Notes: generated by a model from the sequence alone, not told the origin. DNA of 64,000 nt from Octopus sinensis (GCF_006345805.1 NC_043026.1:6572001-6636000), one strand, 5' to 3'. Shown: positions 13,597 through 26,295, numbered from the stretch's first letter. Translations and numbers: made by a program.

Positions 13597-13887
13597 GTAA
13601 TAATAATAATAATAATAACAATAAAAATAATAATAATAACAACAATAACAATAAAAATAATAATACACACCAGTGCAAATTTCCAACTTGTCTCTTGAGG
13701 TCTCTGGGTGAGACTTGGAGCCAGCTTGTACAAATGTAAGGCAAAAGTCAAACATAGAATAATAATAATAATAATAATAATAGTCATAATGATTTCACTG
13801 ATATGCCGGGGACAAAACTGTTGGGGTTTACATATAATGAAATGATTTTTTAAAAAAACTGAAAGAAAGAAAGTATACACAATATAC

Positions 13888-14010
13888 CAGTATTTCTCAA
13901 CTGGGGTTCCCTGGAACCCTCGGGTTCTGTAAAAGGTTCCTAGGGGTTCTGTGAGAAAGAGTGGGATAAACCAATGCTGATTTCAGGATTGTAATATTAC
14001 TATAAATACA
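13888..14010. mobile_element. Partial hAT-like MITE end
   Basis: cagtatttctcaactggggttcc...ggggttctgtgag resembles the 20874 element; no second TIR or TSD seen. Confidence 0.4.
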
Positions 14011-14126
14011 CAACAAATTATTGGTTATTGTAATCATCCTCTCTAACCTGTTATCAAAAATATATAACAACCATTAGGGATATATTTAATGAGGTCTGTA
14101 ATCTATGGATGCCCTAAATATATATA

Positions 14127-14171
<45 letters not shown>

Positions 14172-14817
14172 CATGCCTAACACTCTATACATACTCTTTT
14201 ACTTGTTTCAGTTATTTGACTGCAGCCATGCTGGAGCACCGCCTTTAGTCGAGCAAATCGACCCCAGGACTTATTCTTTGTAAGCCCAGTACTTATTCTA
14301 TTGGTCTCTTTTGCCGAACCGCTAAGTTACGGGGACGTAAACACACCAGCATCGGTTGTCAAGCAATGCTAGGGGGACAAACACAGACACACAAACACAC
14401 ACACACACATATATATTATATATATATATATACATATATATGACAGGCTTCTTTTAGTTTCCATCTACCAAATCCACTCACAAGGCATTGGTCGGTCCGG
14501 GGCTATAATAGAAGACACTTGCCCAAGGTGCCACACAGTGGGACTGAACCCGGAACCATGTGGTTGGTTAGCAAGCTACTTACCACACAGCCACTCCTGC
14601 GTGCATACATAAATATATATATATACATATAATCAAAATAAGCAACAAGTATATCCAAGGTAGTGTAGTACAATCGTTTCATGCTACTTCATTTTATTAA
14701 ACAATGTAAGTATTACATCAGTTTTAAAATGTCAAGCAATCTTCAGCCACTTATAGAATTTTCCAATTAGATAGACAATGTACATTTTTATACTTATTGC
14801 ATATTATATATATATAT

Positions 14818-14854
<37 letters not shown>

Positions 14855-15261
14855 TGTGGCTGTGTGGTAAGTAGCTTGTATACCAACCACATGGTTCCGG
14901 GTTCAGTCCCACTGCGTGGCACCTTGGGCAAGTGTCTTCTACTATAGCCTCGGGCCGACCAAAGCCTTGTGAGTGGATTTGGTAGACGGAAACTGAAAGA
15001 AGCCCGTCGTATATATATGTGTGTGTGTTTGTGTGTCTGTGTTTGTCTCCCTAGCATTGCTTGACAACCGATGCTGGTGTGTTTATGTCCACATCACTTA
15101 GCGGTTCGGCAAAAGAGACCGATAGAATAAGTCCTGGGCTTACAAAAGAATAAGTCCCGGTGTCGAGTTGCTCGATTAAAGGCAGTGCTCCAGCATGGCC
15201 GGAGTCAAATGACTGAAACAAGTAAAAGAGTAAAGAGTATATATATATATATATACTTTAT

Positions 15262-16890
15262 TAAAGAATTGCAAAAAATCTCACAACACTGTTATACGTG
15301 AAACTCTGAATAGCAATTTTTGATATTTTTTGCTGCTTTTTAATAAAGAATGGTTGACGTATATGTTTTGGTGGTGTTGCTGTTGCTTGGGTTGGATTTT
15401 GAAATGTCTTTGGGAGTTGTGTATCTCCCTGCTTTGTTCTTCTTTTGCTCCTCTTCATTTTCTGGCTATTTGCCATTCCTCACTATTTTCGTCTTCCAAC
15501 GAAATTTCTGTGGAATCAGAAGTGGGTAAAGGCATGTTATGAGGGTCTATGTTGTATGTGGTCTGTTTGTGTGAGGTGTATGTGATAGAGGGGAGGGCGA
15601 ATCGGTTTTTGTATCTTCTTTTGTTTTTTTCTATATCTTTAGTTTTCGGTGTTGTTGTTACTCTTTTACTTGTTTCAGTCATTTGACTGCGGCCATGCTG
15701 GAGCACTGCCTTTTAATCGAGCAACTCGACCCCGGGACTTATTCTTTTGTAAGCCCAGTACTTATTCTATTGGTCTCTTTTGCCGAACCGCCTAGTTACG
15801 GGGATGTAAACACACCAGCATCGGTTGTCAAGCAATGCTAGGGGGACAAACACAGACACACAAATGCATATATATACATACATATATACGATGGGCTTCT
15901 TTCAGTTTCCGTCTACAAAATCCACTCACAAGGCATTGGTCGGCCCGGGGCTATAGCAGAAGACACTTGCCCAAGATGCCACGCAGTGGGACTGAACCCG
16001 GAACCATGTGGCTGGTTAGCAAGCTACTTACCACACAGCCACTCCTGCGCCTGATGTTTTTTCAGGAATTGATTGGTTTTCGATTGTTGGTATCGATGGT
16101 GTTCCTTTTATCGTCTTTTGTGTTGACGGTGGTGTGGGTAGTAAGGCTTTTTTCTCAGATTTTGGTGGTGGTGGTGGTTGTTGCCGTTCTTGTTCTTTTG
16201 CGGCAGTTGAGCAACCGTTTTTTAGATGAGTTGTGCTGTTGCACATAGGTGTAGGAGTGGCTGTGTGGTAAGTAGCTTGCTAACCAACCACATGGTTCCG
16301 GGTTCAGTCCCACTGCATGGCATCTTGGGCAAGTGTCTTCTGCTATAGCCCCGGGCCGACCAATGCCTTGTGAGTGGATTTGGTAGACGGAAACTGAAAG
16401 AAGCCCATCGTATATATGTATGTATATATATATATATATGCGTGTGTGTGTTTGTGTGTCTGTGTTTGTCCCCCTAGCATTGCTTGACACCCGATGCTGG
16501 GGTGTTTATGTCCCCGTCAGTTAGCGGTCTGGCAAAAGAGACCGATAAAATAAGTACTGGGCTTACAAAGAATAAATCCCGGGGTCGATTTGCTCGACTA
16601 AAGGCGGTGCTCCAGCATGGCCGCAGTCAAATGACTGAAACAAGTAAAAGAGTATATAATAGCGTGGCTGCCTGCCCTCCACCACTACATACAACTTGTA
16701 TCCTTCTGATAATTCAATACAGGTGGGTATTTTATTAATTGATTACCGATCGATTTGCAAAAGAATTTCCAGTGTTTTTCCCACCCAGTTTTGCTGTTCT
16801 AAGACAGCAATTTCCAAAATGTTAGCTTCATCAATTTCGAAGCAGATGGCAGATAATAACAGCCGTGGAAACACATTTATAGGGAATACG
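15262..16890 (-). pseudogene. Downstream fragments of the same ORF1, split by SINE A insertions
   Basis: 16890-16660 GRIPINVFPRLLLSAICFEID...GYKLYVVVEGRQPRY; 16247-16050 MCNSTTHLKNGC...PPPPP; 15660-15262 low-complexity K/Q/T-rich part with stops. Confidence 0.6.
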
Positions 16891-17050
16891 ACCAGGAGTG
16901 GCTGTGTGGTAAGTAGCTTGCTAACCAACCACATGGCTCTGGGTTCAGTCCCACTGCGTGGCATCTTGGGCAAGTGTCTTCTGCTATAGCCCCGGGCCGA
17001 CCAATGCCTTGTGAGTGGATTTGGTAGACAGAAACTGAAAGAAGCCTGTC

Positions 17051-17091
<41 letters not shown>

Positions 17092-17469
17092 CGTTAGGAA
17101 GGGCATCCAGCCGTAGAAACACTGCCAAATCTGACTGGGCCTGACGAAGCCTTCCAGCTTCACAGACCCCAGTTGAACCGTCCAACCCATGCTAGCATGG
17201 AAAGCGGACGCTAAATGATGATGATGATGATGATGGTATGTATGTGTGTGTTTGTGTGTCTATGTTTGTCCCCCTAGCATTGCTTGACAACCGATGCTGG
17301 TGTGTTTACGTCCCCGTCACTTAGCGGTTCGGCAAAAGAGACCGATATAAGTACTGGGCTTACAAAAAATAAGTCCCCGGGTTGATTTGCTCGACTAAAG
17401 GCGGTGCTCCAGCATGGCCGCAGTCAAATGACTGAAACAAGTAAAAGAGTAAAGAGTATACGTAAGGAG

Positions 17470-18389
17470 TTGGTGACAAATTACTCCTTTTGAATGCTGC
17501 ACGGTCACCCCTAACAAAACAAGAAGCCAATACATGATATAAAATAGAGTGGCAAAAGGAATAAATGAAGGATGACGACCGTTCTACTGTTTGAGAGAGA
17601 AAAGACTTTATTTACAAAGTGTACAAAGAGAAAGTGTGTGAGTGCTAGCATATGTGGAGTGTCTGTGTATGCGTATAAAACAGAACACAGAATACAGAGC
17701 AGAAGATAAGTCTCTCAGCATATTGAGTTAAGATGGAATTGGTTTACCAGTTCGTACGTGAGGTACACGATAGCAAGTTGTATAACAAGATGTTGTGGAC
17801 ACGAGGCAGAGGCCAGTTGGGCACATGTCGTGCCACGGTTGGGGCTTCAATGCCGTGCCGAGTCTCTTGATACAGAAAGTTCTTTCAGATAGACTGCAAC
17901 TGTTTTTCCTTGGTGAATATTCACAAACAGCGTTGGGTTTAGACCTGGACGATGTTGATGTGTACATATTGCTGAAGTCGACGGAGATGACATAGAGATG
18001 GAGAACGTCATATACTGCTGGTGTACATTAGCATTGTCATGACCGAAATAGGAGTATAGCTGGTCATCCGTCGCTGGAACTGGAACACGGCTGAGTAGCT
18101 CTGTGGTCAGTGACTAGACCTTAGAAGGTCTAGAGCCAAAAGACCAGGAGTAGTGAATGCTGGCGTCTTATAAAGCCTGTGGTAGGCTCAAATGAAGGAT
18201 CAGAAAAAAGTGTCACAAGACCTTATCCAAAGGCCGTGATTGGTTGTCGAAAGACAAACTGCACCAAATGCCAACCAATGAGAGCGGTGGACACAACAGG
18301 GTCAAATTAGCCAAAGATGGTTGTAATCTCAAACGAGATCATTCCTAGCGTGTCTCTCAAACAGTGAGGAGGATATCATTCACGCTACA
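17470..18389 (-). mobile_element. Putative solo LTR inserted in the ORF1
   Basis: About 920-nt non-coding block starting TGTAG exactly where the ORF1 frame ends, with TATA-like ttataaga and aaataaag, ending near ...gtcacca; no TSD confirmed. Confidence 0.4.
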
Positions 18390-19269
18390 CATTCTTTGTT
18401 GCCACACTCTGGCCAAGATAACTTGGTATCATTATCACCTCATCTGTACGAAGAATTTGAGTCGAAAATCGTTTGGCCAGCTCTTCACTGTTAAAACGTA
18501 CTTCAACAGAGATATATTTATGCCACCAGGTCAAATAGCTCTTATGTATCCACACAGGGCGAAGGCATATTTCAATTTTTCCCTGTGTGACTTTAAAAGG
18601 TTTTTTCGTCTTTGCGTTGAGTACTTTATAGATGATTCTCTTTCTTCGCACTTCTTCTAATATATGTTCTGGGATGTGTAAGCGTAAATGATCGCCTTCT
18701 TTGCTGATCAGTGCTTTTGTTGCCTCGATTTCTTCAGCAGTGAATGATAAAATGGTTCTTTCTCTTCTCGTCGCTTCAGCGAAAGTTTTTTTTTTTTTGG
18801 TGGTGGTGGTGGTGGTGTCGGTGGCACTGTCTTTGGTAATGGTCATCGTGGACAGCTTTGCGACAATATCGTTGTTGTTGGTGGCAGAGATATCAGTCAT
18901 AGTAGCTGAAGCTGTATCGGCGTCAGTGGTACTGTCTTTGGTGGTGGTCATGGTGGACGGCTTTGCGACGATATCGTTGTTGTTGTTGGTGGCAGAGGCG
19001 TCAGTCATAGCAGTTGAAGGTGAAGTTGTGTCGGTGTCGGAGTTGGTGGCACTGTCTTTGGTGGTGGTCATGGTGGACGGCTTTGCAACGACATCGTTGT
19101 TGTTGGTGGTGGTGGTAGTGGCATTCATGTTTACGTCTGCAGTATTATTTTGAGTGAAATTTCTCTTTTCCTTCCTTCTGTCATGAAGTGGTGGAGGCAG
19201 TGTTAGAAACTCAGCATCAAAGAGACAGGCGTTTGTTGGAAGACTGTCCTCATGGCTTGAAGACGCCAT
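18390..19269 (-). mobile_element. N-terminal part of a LINE ORF1 (gag-like; L1/Tx1-like by inference)
   Basis: ATG-initiated reading frame of about 294 aa with non-repeat C-terminal composition (KTFAEAT...VEVRFNSEELAK...PSYLG). It continues in the fragments at 16660-16890 and 16050-16247, which supply a CCHC knuckle. Confidence 0.62.
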
Positions 19270-19627
19270 CTTGAAGAACGGAAAATGGCGGGTAAGACGA
19301 AAACAAATTCACAAAACTAGGAAAGACGCCGCGCAGGTCAGGTTTCCCGTGGAAATAATTTGCAAGATCGAATTTACTATTTGTTGGACAACTTTCTCAT
19401 AGAAAATATTTTACAAGACACGCTTTTGAAAGCAAAACAAGCGAACTTAAGCGGAGGCGATGTGACTATCGTCTGACCGTAAGATGGATGGGTTTGTGGG
19501 TAGAGAGATAGTTTTTTTTATTAGTCACACATGGCCGGACACCGAGGGGACAAAGTATAATGTATTTTTCGAAAATAGAAAAAAGAAAGAAAAAAATAAA
19601 GTTCCGATCAAAAGGGATCGTGAGAAA

Positions 19628-19684
19628 AAAAAAGATAGATAGATGGGTATGTGGGTAGATAGATAGATAGATAGATAGAGACAT

Positions 19685-19727
<43 letters not shown>

Positions 19728-20082
19728 CAAAGATAGAGATAGATAGGTAGATAGATAGATAGATAGATGGATGGATAGAGAGAGAGATAGATAGAGAGAG
19801 AGATAGAGCCATATAGATAGATAGGGATAGATAGATAGAGAGAGAGAGATGGATAGATAGATAGAGAAAATGATAGATAGATAGATAGACAGATAAATAG
19901 AGAGAGAGATAGGTATAGATAGATAGATAGAGAGAGAGAAAGATAGCTAGAGACAAATAGATAGATAGAGAGAGAGAGAGAGACATATAGATAGAGAGAT
20001 AGATAGAGAGATAGACATATAGATAGAGAGAGAGAGATAGAGACATATAGATAGAGAGATAGAGACATAGATAGATAGATAG

Positions 20083-20117
<35 letters not shown>

Positions 20118-20215
20118 GAGAGAGATGGATAGATAGATAGAGAAAAGGATAGATAGACAGATAAATAGAGAGAGAGACAGATAGATAGAGAGAGAGAGAG
20201 AGAGAAATGCTGAAA
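19628..20215. repeat. (GATA)n/(GA)n compound microsatellite
   Basis: Seen directly; source of the spurious ORFs at 19466-20326. Confidence 0.95.
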
Positions 20216-20873
20216 GAGAGAGAAAGAGGAAGGGGGAGAGAGAAAGATTAAAAAGAAGAACGTCGCTGTATTGAGAAGAAAGTTAGAGGGAGGGGAAAGA
20301 GAGAGAGAAGAAGTAAAAAAAAGCAAATGAAATTACAAAAAAAAAGAAAAGAAAAAAAGCTGCGAAATGTTAGGAACATTAGCGACATCAAATACCAAAT
20401 ATAGGTATAACGCTAACCTCACCATCTGGGGATGATGGAAGAAGGGGAATAACTCTTGCTTACCTTAACCTGGATTTTTGAAGTCCAGAATGGAATCTTT
20501 AAGGTCGTCGCGGTGACCTTTGGCGTTTTTGGGGGCTATTTATTTATATTGATCGTTTATTTCTTTTTCTTTCTTTCTCCCCCCCCTTTTTTCTTTCCCT
20601 TTTACGATCCCTTTTGATCGAAAACCTACCCCACTTTTTTTTCTCTCCCCAAAAAGAAAAGATCTACTTTGTAACCTGTCCCGTCTCTGTGTGTGCAGCC
20701 CTGTGTGGCCAATAAAGAAACATATTCATTTATTTATTTGACTGGCAGTGTGGTAAGACGCTTGCTTTCCAACCACATGGTTCCAGGTTCAGTCCCACAT
20801 ACATGCAAAAGTGTGGTTTGTTCTTACAGTCCCAGAATAATCCCTGCAAAGCAATCTCTTCGATCCTCTAGAG

Positions 20874-21070
20874 CAGTGCTTTTCAACCAGGGTTCCACCA
20901 GTACGGTCCAGGGGTTCCGCAAGAAGTTACAAAACTGCTAAAATCGGCAGTAATTTTTAATTCTCCTGTGCAGATATGTGTGCATAAGACAAATTATTGC
21001 ACAGGGGTTCCTCGAGCCAGTGGAATGTTTCCTTGGGGTTCCGCACCAGCAAAAAGTTTGAAAAGCACTG
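20874..21070. mobile_element. hAT (Charlie-like) MITE, 197 bp
   Basis: TIRs cagtgcttttcaa / ttgaaaagcactg; perfect 8-bp TSD ctctagag at 20866-20873 and 21071-21078. Confidence 0.92.
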
Positions 21071-21124
21071 CTCTAGAGACTCTGCCAAATATTAACTTTC
21101 ATCTTTTACTTGCTTCAGTCATTA

Positions 21125-21545
21125 AGGGCGGCGAGCTAGCCGAATCGTTAGCACGTCGGGCGAAATGCTTAGCGGTATTCCGTCTGCCGTTACGTTCTGA
21201 GTTCAAATTCCGCCGAGGTCGACTTTGCCTTTCATCCTTTCAGGGTCGATTAAATATGTACCAGTTACGCACTGGGGTCGATATTATCGACTTAATCCGT
21301 TTGTCTGTCCTCGTTTGTCCCTTCTGTGTTTAGCCCCTTGTGGGTAGTAAAGAAATAGGTATTCCGTCTGCCGTTACGTTCTGAGTTCAAATTCCACTGA
21401 GGTCGACTTTGCCTTTCATCCTTTCGGGGTCGATAAATTAAGAACCATTTACGCACTGGGGTCGATGTAATCAACTTAATCCCCTTGTCCTTGTTTGTCC
21501 CCTCTATGTTTGGCCCCTTGTGGGCAATAAAGAAATAAGAAACGT
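21125..21545 (+). mobile_element. SINE family B, here as a tandem dimer
   Basis: ggcggcgagctagccgaatcgttagc head, gagttcaaattcc B-box-like motif, central gcctttcatcctttcggggtcgataaa, tail gtgggtagtaaagaaata; body repeated twice. Other copies at about 27362-27590(+), 42925-43335(-), 50660-50850(-), 52090-52425(-), 63735-63958(-). Confidence 0.85.
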
Positions 21546-22660
21546 TAGTACGCCGGGCGAAATGCTTCGCGGTATTTCACTCACAATCCCAAAGATAGTG
21601 GTTTCAAATCCTGGGCTGGGAAGTGACCTGCCTGTCTATACAAGCACCCTTCCTTGTCCAATGTATTACGTTTAATTGAAATATATTTAGCTGCTATATT
21701 TAGCAGTTTGAATGACAACAAAGAGGCACCCAAGGGTGATTCTCTTGTACATAGATTTGTTGTTGTTGTTGTTGCTTAGCGCCAGGTTAGTCCTGATCCA
21801 GACACACCTATGATCAAAGATGTTCCAACCATGACAATCCCATCTTTTATTCAGGCATAGTGTACCTAGGACTACATTATCTAATGTGTCCTTCCTTGTT
21901 ATTATTATTTAGCCCCAGGTCAGTCCTGATCCACCAGATTCATAATTGAATATGTTCCAGCCATGACCATCGCATCTTTTATTCAGGCATAGTGCATCTA
22001 GGACTACATTATCTAATGTGCCCTGCCTTGTATTTCTTTAGCCCCAGGTCAGTCTGATCCAGCAGAGCTATGATCAAAGATGTTCCAGCCATGACCATCT
22101 CATCTTTTATTAAGGCATAGTGTATCTAGGACTACATTATTTAATGTGTCTTTTCGTCTTATCATTGCTGTTTAGCCCCAGGTCAGGCCTTTTCCAGATC
22201 AAAAGAGTCCCAACAATGGCGATTCTGTGTTTTATTCCCATAAAATACTTCCTTAGCAACATCGATCGAATATGTCCTTCTCTACATTAAGACTTGAAGA
22301 TGTGATTTGAGGGAGATTTGACTGCTATTTCTAACAAGACGATAAACTATAAGAAGGCTCCTCGCGCAACCCACATCAAGTTTTGAAGCTATAAACAAGG
22401 GAGATAACAGCAACTTGACTCGTGAAATCTTTCTCTAAAACAAGAGTTATTCCCCTTTTAACTGTATCCAGGCATAAGAACCGTGATTTTCAATGTTTTT
22501 GATTTCATTGGAAAAAGATTTAAAAGCAAATGTTTTAAATTTACAAATTTTGGAGGGAAAATATGCCAAAAGCTAAACATCTTGCGTGTATGTGTGAGAA
22601 TTTTGAGAGAAGATTTGGTAGACAGAAAATGAAACAAACACACACACGCACACACATATT

Positions 22661-22693
<33 letters not shown>

Positions 22694-23319
22694 TTGTCCC
22701 CCACCACCCCACTTCGCATCCAGTGTTGGTGTGTTTGCATCCCTTTAACTTAGTAGTTCGGTAAAAAAAAAGAGACCTATAGAATAAGCACCAGGCTTTA
22801 AAAGACTGGGTTGATTCCTTTAAAAAAAATGCTTCAAGGTGGTGCCCCAGAATGGCCACAGTCTGATGCATGAATCAAGTAAAAAAAAAGAAAGATAAAA
22901 TATATATATATTTGTATATATACATATACATATATACATACATACATACATATCCGTGCCGGTGACACGTAAAAGCACCATCCGTTTCGTGGCCGTTTGC
23001 CAGCTTTGTCTGGCCCCCGTGTTGGTGGCACGTAAAAGCACCATCCGTTCGTGTCCGTTGCCAGCCTCGCCTGGCCCCGTGCCGGTGACACATAAAAGCA
23101 CCATCCGTTCGTGGCCGTTTGCCAGCTCTGTCTGGCACCTGTGCAGGTGGCACGTAAAAGCACCCACTACACTCACGGAGTGGTTGGCGTTAGGAAGGGA
23201 TCCAGCCGTAGAAACACTGCCAGATCTGACTGGCCTGATGAAGCCTTCCAGCTTCACAGACCCCAGTTGAACCGTCCAACCCATGCTAGCATGGAGAACG
23301 GACGCTAAATGATGATGAT

Positions 23320-26260
23320 GATACCATCCGATCGTGGCCGTTCGCCAGCCTCATCTGGCACCTGTGTCGGTGGCACATAAAAACACCTTCTGAAGACCCG
23401 GCAAGACTAGTCAGGGCATAACCAGTGGCCCCTACCTGGGACGTAGTCAGTCCACCTGTGCATACCTTCCTTCTTGTGACACTTGTGAAGACCTGTTGAG
23501 GCAAGTGAAAATCAAATCAAATCAAATCAAATCAAATCAAAACAAATCAAAATCAATGAACATCAATGGAATTTGTATCTTTGTGGTATCAGTGCCGGTG
23601 GCACACAAGAAATCCATCCAAACGTGGCCGTAGCCAGTACCGCATCGACTGGCCATCGTGCTGTGGGTACATAACAAACACCATCCGAAGACCCGGCAAG
23701 ACTAGTCAGGCCATAACCCGTGGCCCCTACCTGGGACATAGTCAGTCCACCTGTGCATACCTTCCTTCTTGTGATACTTGTGAAGACCTGTTGCGGCAAG
23801 TGAAAATCAAATCAAATAAAAAAAATCAAAATAGGAACATCAATGGATTGTTCTATGTTGTGGTACCATTGCCAAGGGCACACAAGAAAACCATCCGAAC
23901 GTGGCCGTAGTCATACCGCATCGACTGGCCTCCGTGCTGTGGGCACGTAACAAACCCCATCGATCGGTGGCCGTTCGCCAGCCTCATCTGGCACCTGTGT
24001 CGGTGGCACATAAAAACACCATCCGAAGACCCGGCACAGACTAGTCAGGCCATAACCTGTGGCCCCTACCTGGGACGTATCAGTCCACCTGTGCATACCT
24101 TCCTTCTTGTGACACTTGTGAAGACCTGTTGAGGCAAGTGAAAAAATCAAATCAAATCAAATCAAATCAATCAAAACAAATCACAAATCAATATGAACAT
24201 CAATGGAATTGTATCTTTGTGGTAATCAGTGCCGTGTGGCACACAAGAAATCCATCCAAACGTGGCCGTAGCCAGTACCCGCATCGACTGGCCATCGTGC
24301 TGTGGGTACATAACAAACACCATCCGAAGACCCGGCAAGACTAGTCAGGCCATAACCCGTGGCCCCTACCTGGGACATAGTCAGTCCACCTGTGCATACC
24401 TTCCTTCTTGTGATACTTGTGAAGACCTGTTGCGGCAAGTGAAAATCAAAATCAAATAAAAAAAAATCAAAATAGATGAACATCAATGGAATTTGTATCT
24501 TTGTGGTACCAGTGCCAATGGCACACAAGAAAACCATCCGAACGTGGCCGTAGTCAGTACCGCATCGACTGGCCTCCGTGCTGTGGGCACGTAACAAACA
24601 CCATCCGATCGTGGCCGTTCGCCAGCCTCATCTGGACCTGTGTCGGTGGCACATAAAAACACCATCCGAAGACCGGCAAGACTAGTCAGGCCAACCTGTG
24701 GCCCCTACCTGGGACGTAGTCAGTCCACCTGTGCATACCTTCCTTCTTGTGACACTTGTGAAGACCTGTGAGGGCAAGTGAAAATCAAAATCAAATCAAT
24801 CAAATCAAATCAAAACAAATCAAAAAACAATGAACATCAATGGAATTTGTATCTTTGTGGTATCAGTGCCGGTGGCACACAAGAAATCCATCCAAACCGC
24901 CGGCCGTACCCAGTACCGCATCGACTGGCCATCGTGCTGTGGGTACATAACAAACACCATCCGAAGACCCGGCAAGACTAGTCAGGCCATATAACCGTGG
25001 GCCCCTACCTGGGACATAGTCAGTCCACCTGTGCATACCTTCCTTCTTGTGATACTTGTGAAGACCTGTTGCGGCAAGTGAAAATCAAAATCAATAAAAA
25101 AAAATCAAAATAGATGAACATCAATGGAATTTGTATCTTTGTGGTACCAGTGCCAATGGCACACAAGGAACCCATCCGAACGTGGCCGTAGTCAGTACAG
25201 CATCGACTGGCCTCCGTGCTGTGGGCACGTAACAAACACCATCCGATCGTGGCCGTTCGCCAGCCTCATCTGGCACCTGTGTCGGTGGCACATAAAAACA
25301 CCATCCGAAGACACCGCAAGACTAGTCAGGCCATAACTGTGGCCCCTACCTGGGACGTAGTCAGTCCACCTGTGCATACTTCCTTCTTGTGATACTTGTG
25401 AAGACCTGTTGAGGCAAGTGAAAATCAAAATCAAATCAAAACAAATCAAAATAGATGAACATCAATGGAATTTGTATCTTTGTGGTACCAGTGCCGGTGG
25501 CACACAAGAAAACCATCCGAACGTGGCCGTAGCCAGTACCACATTGACTGGCCTCCGTGCTATAGGCACGTAACAAACACCATCCGATCGTGGCCGTTCG
25601 CCAGCCTCATCTGGCACCTGTGTCGGTGGCACATAAAAACACCATCCGAAGACCCGGCAAGACTAGTCAGGCCATAACCCGTGGCCCCTACCTGGGACGT
25701 ACTCAGTCCACCTGTGCATACCTTCCTTCTTGTGATACTTGTGAAGACCTGTTGAGGCAAGTGAAAATCAAAATCAAATCAAAACAAATCAAAATAGATG
25801 AACATCATGGAATTTGTATCTTTGTGGTACCAGTGCCGTGGCACACAAGAAAACATCCGAACGTGGCCGTAGTCAGTACCGCATCGACTGGCCTCCGTGC
25901 TGTGGGCACGTAACAAACACCATCCGATCGTGGCCGTTCGCCAGCCTCATCTGGCACCTGTGTCGGTTGGCACATTAAAAACACCATCCGAGCGTGGCGT
26001 CTGCCAGCCTCGTCTGGCACTGTGTCGGTGGCACATAAAAACACATCCGAGCGTGGCCGTTTGCCAGCCTCGTCTGGCACCTGTGTCGGTGGCACATAAA
26101 ATCACCCACTACACTCTCGGAGTGGTTGGTGTTAGGAAGGGCATCCAGCTGTAGAAACACTGCCAGATCTGACTGGCCTGGTGCAGCCTTCGGGGTCCCC
26201 AGACCCCAGTTGAACCGTCCAACCCATGCTAGCATGGAAAGCGGACGTTAAATGGATGAG
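23320..26260 (+). repeat. Tandem array of 295-345-bp units inside a family R element
   Basis: Anchor gaccc/gaccggcaagactagtcag at 23395, 23690, 24028, 24329, 24671, 24966, 25310 and 25651; normal family R tail at about 26120-26260. Confidence 0.95.
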
Positions 26261-26295
26261 ATGATGATGATTATATATATATATATGTATATATA

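Noticed and set aside
23320-26000. CRISPR-like repeat/spacer array
   Set aside because: Units are about 300-340 bp and near-identical throughout with no unique spacers, there are no cas genes, the context is eukaryotic, and the unit matches the interior of a dispersed retroelement.
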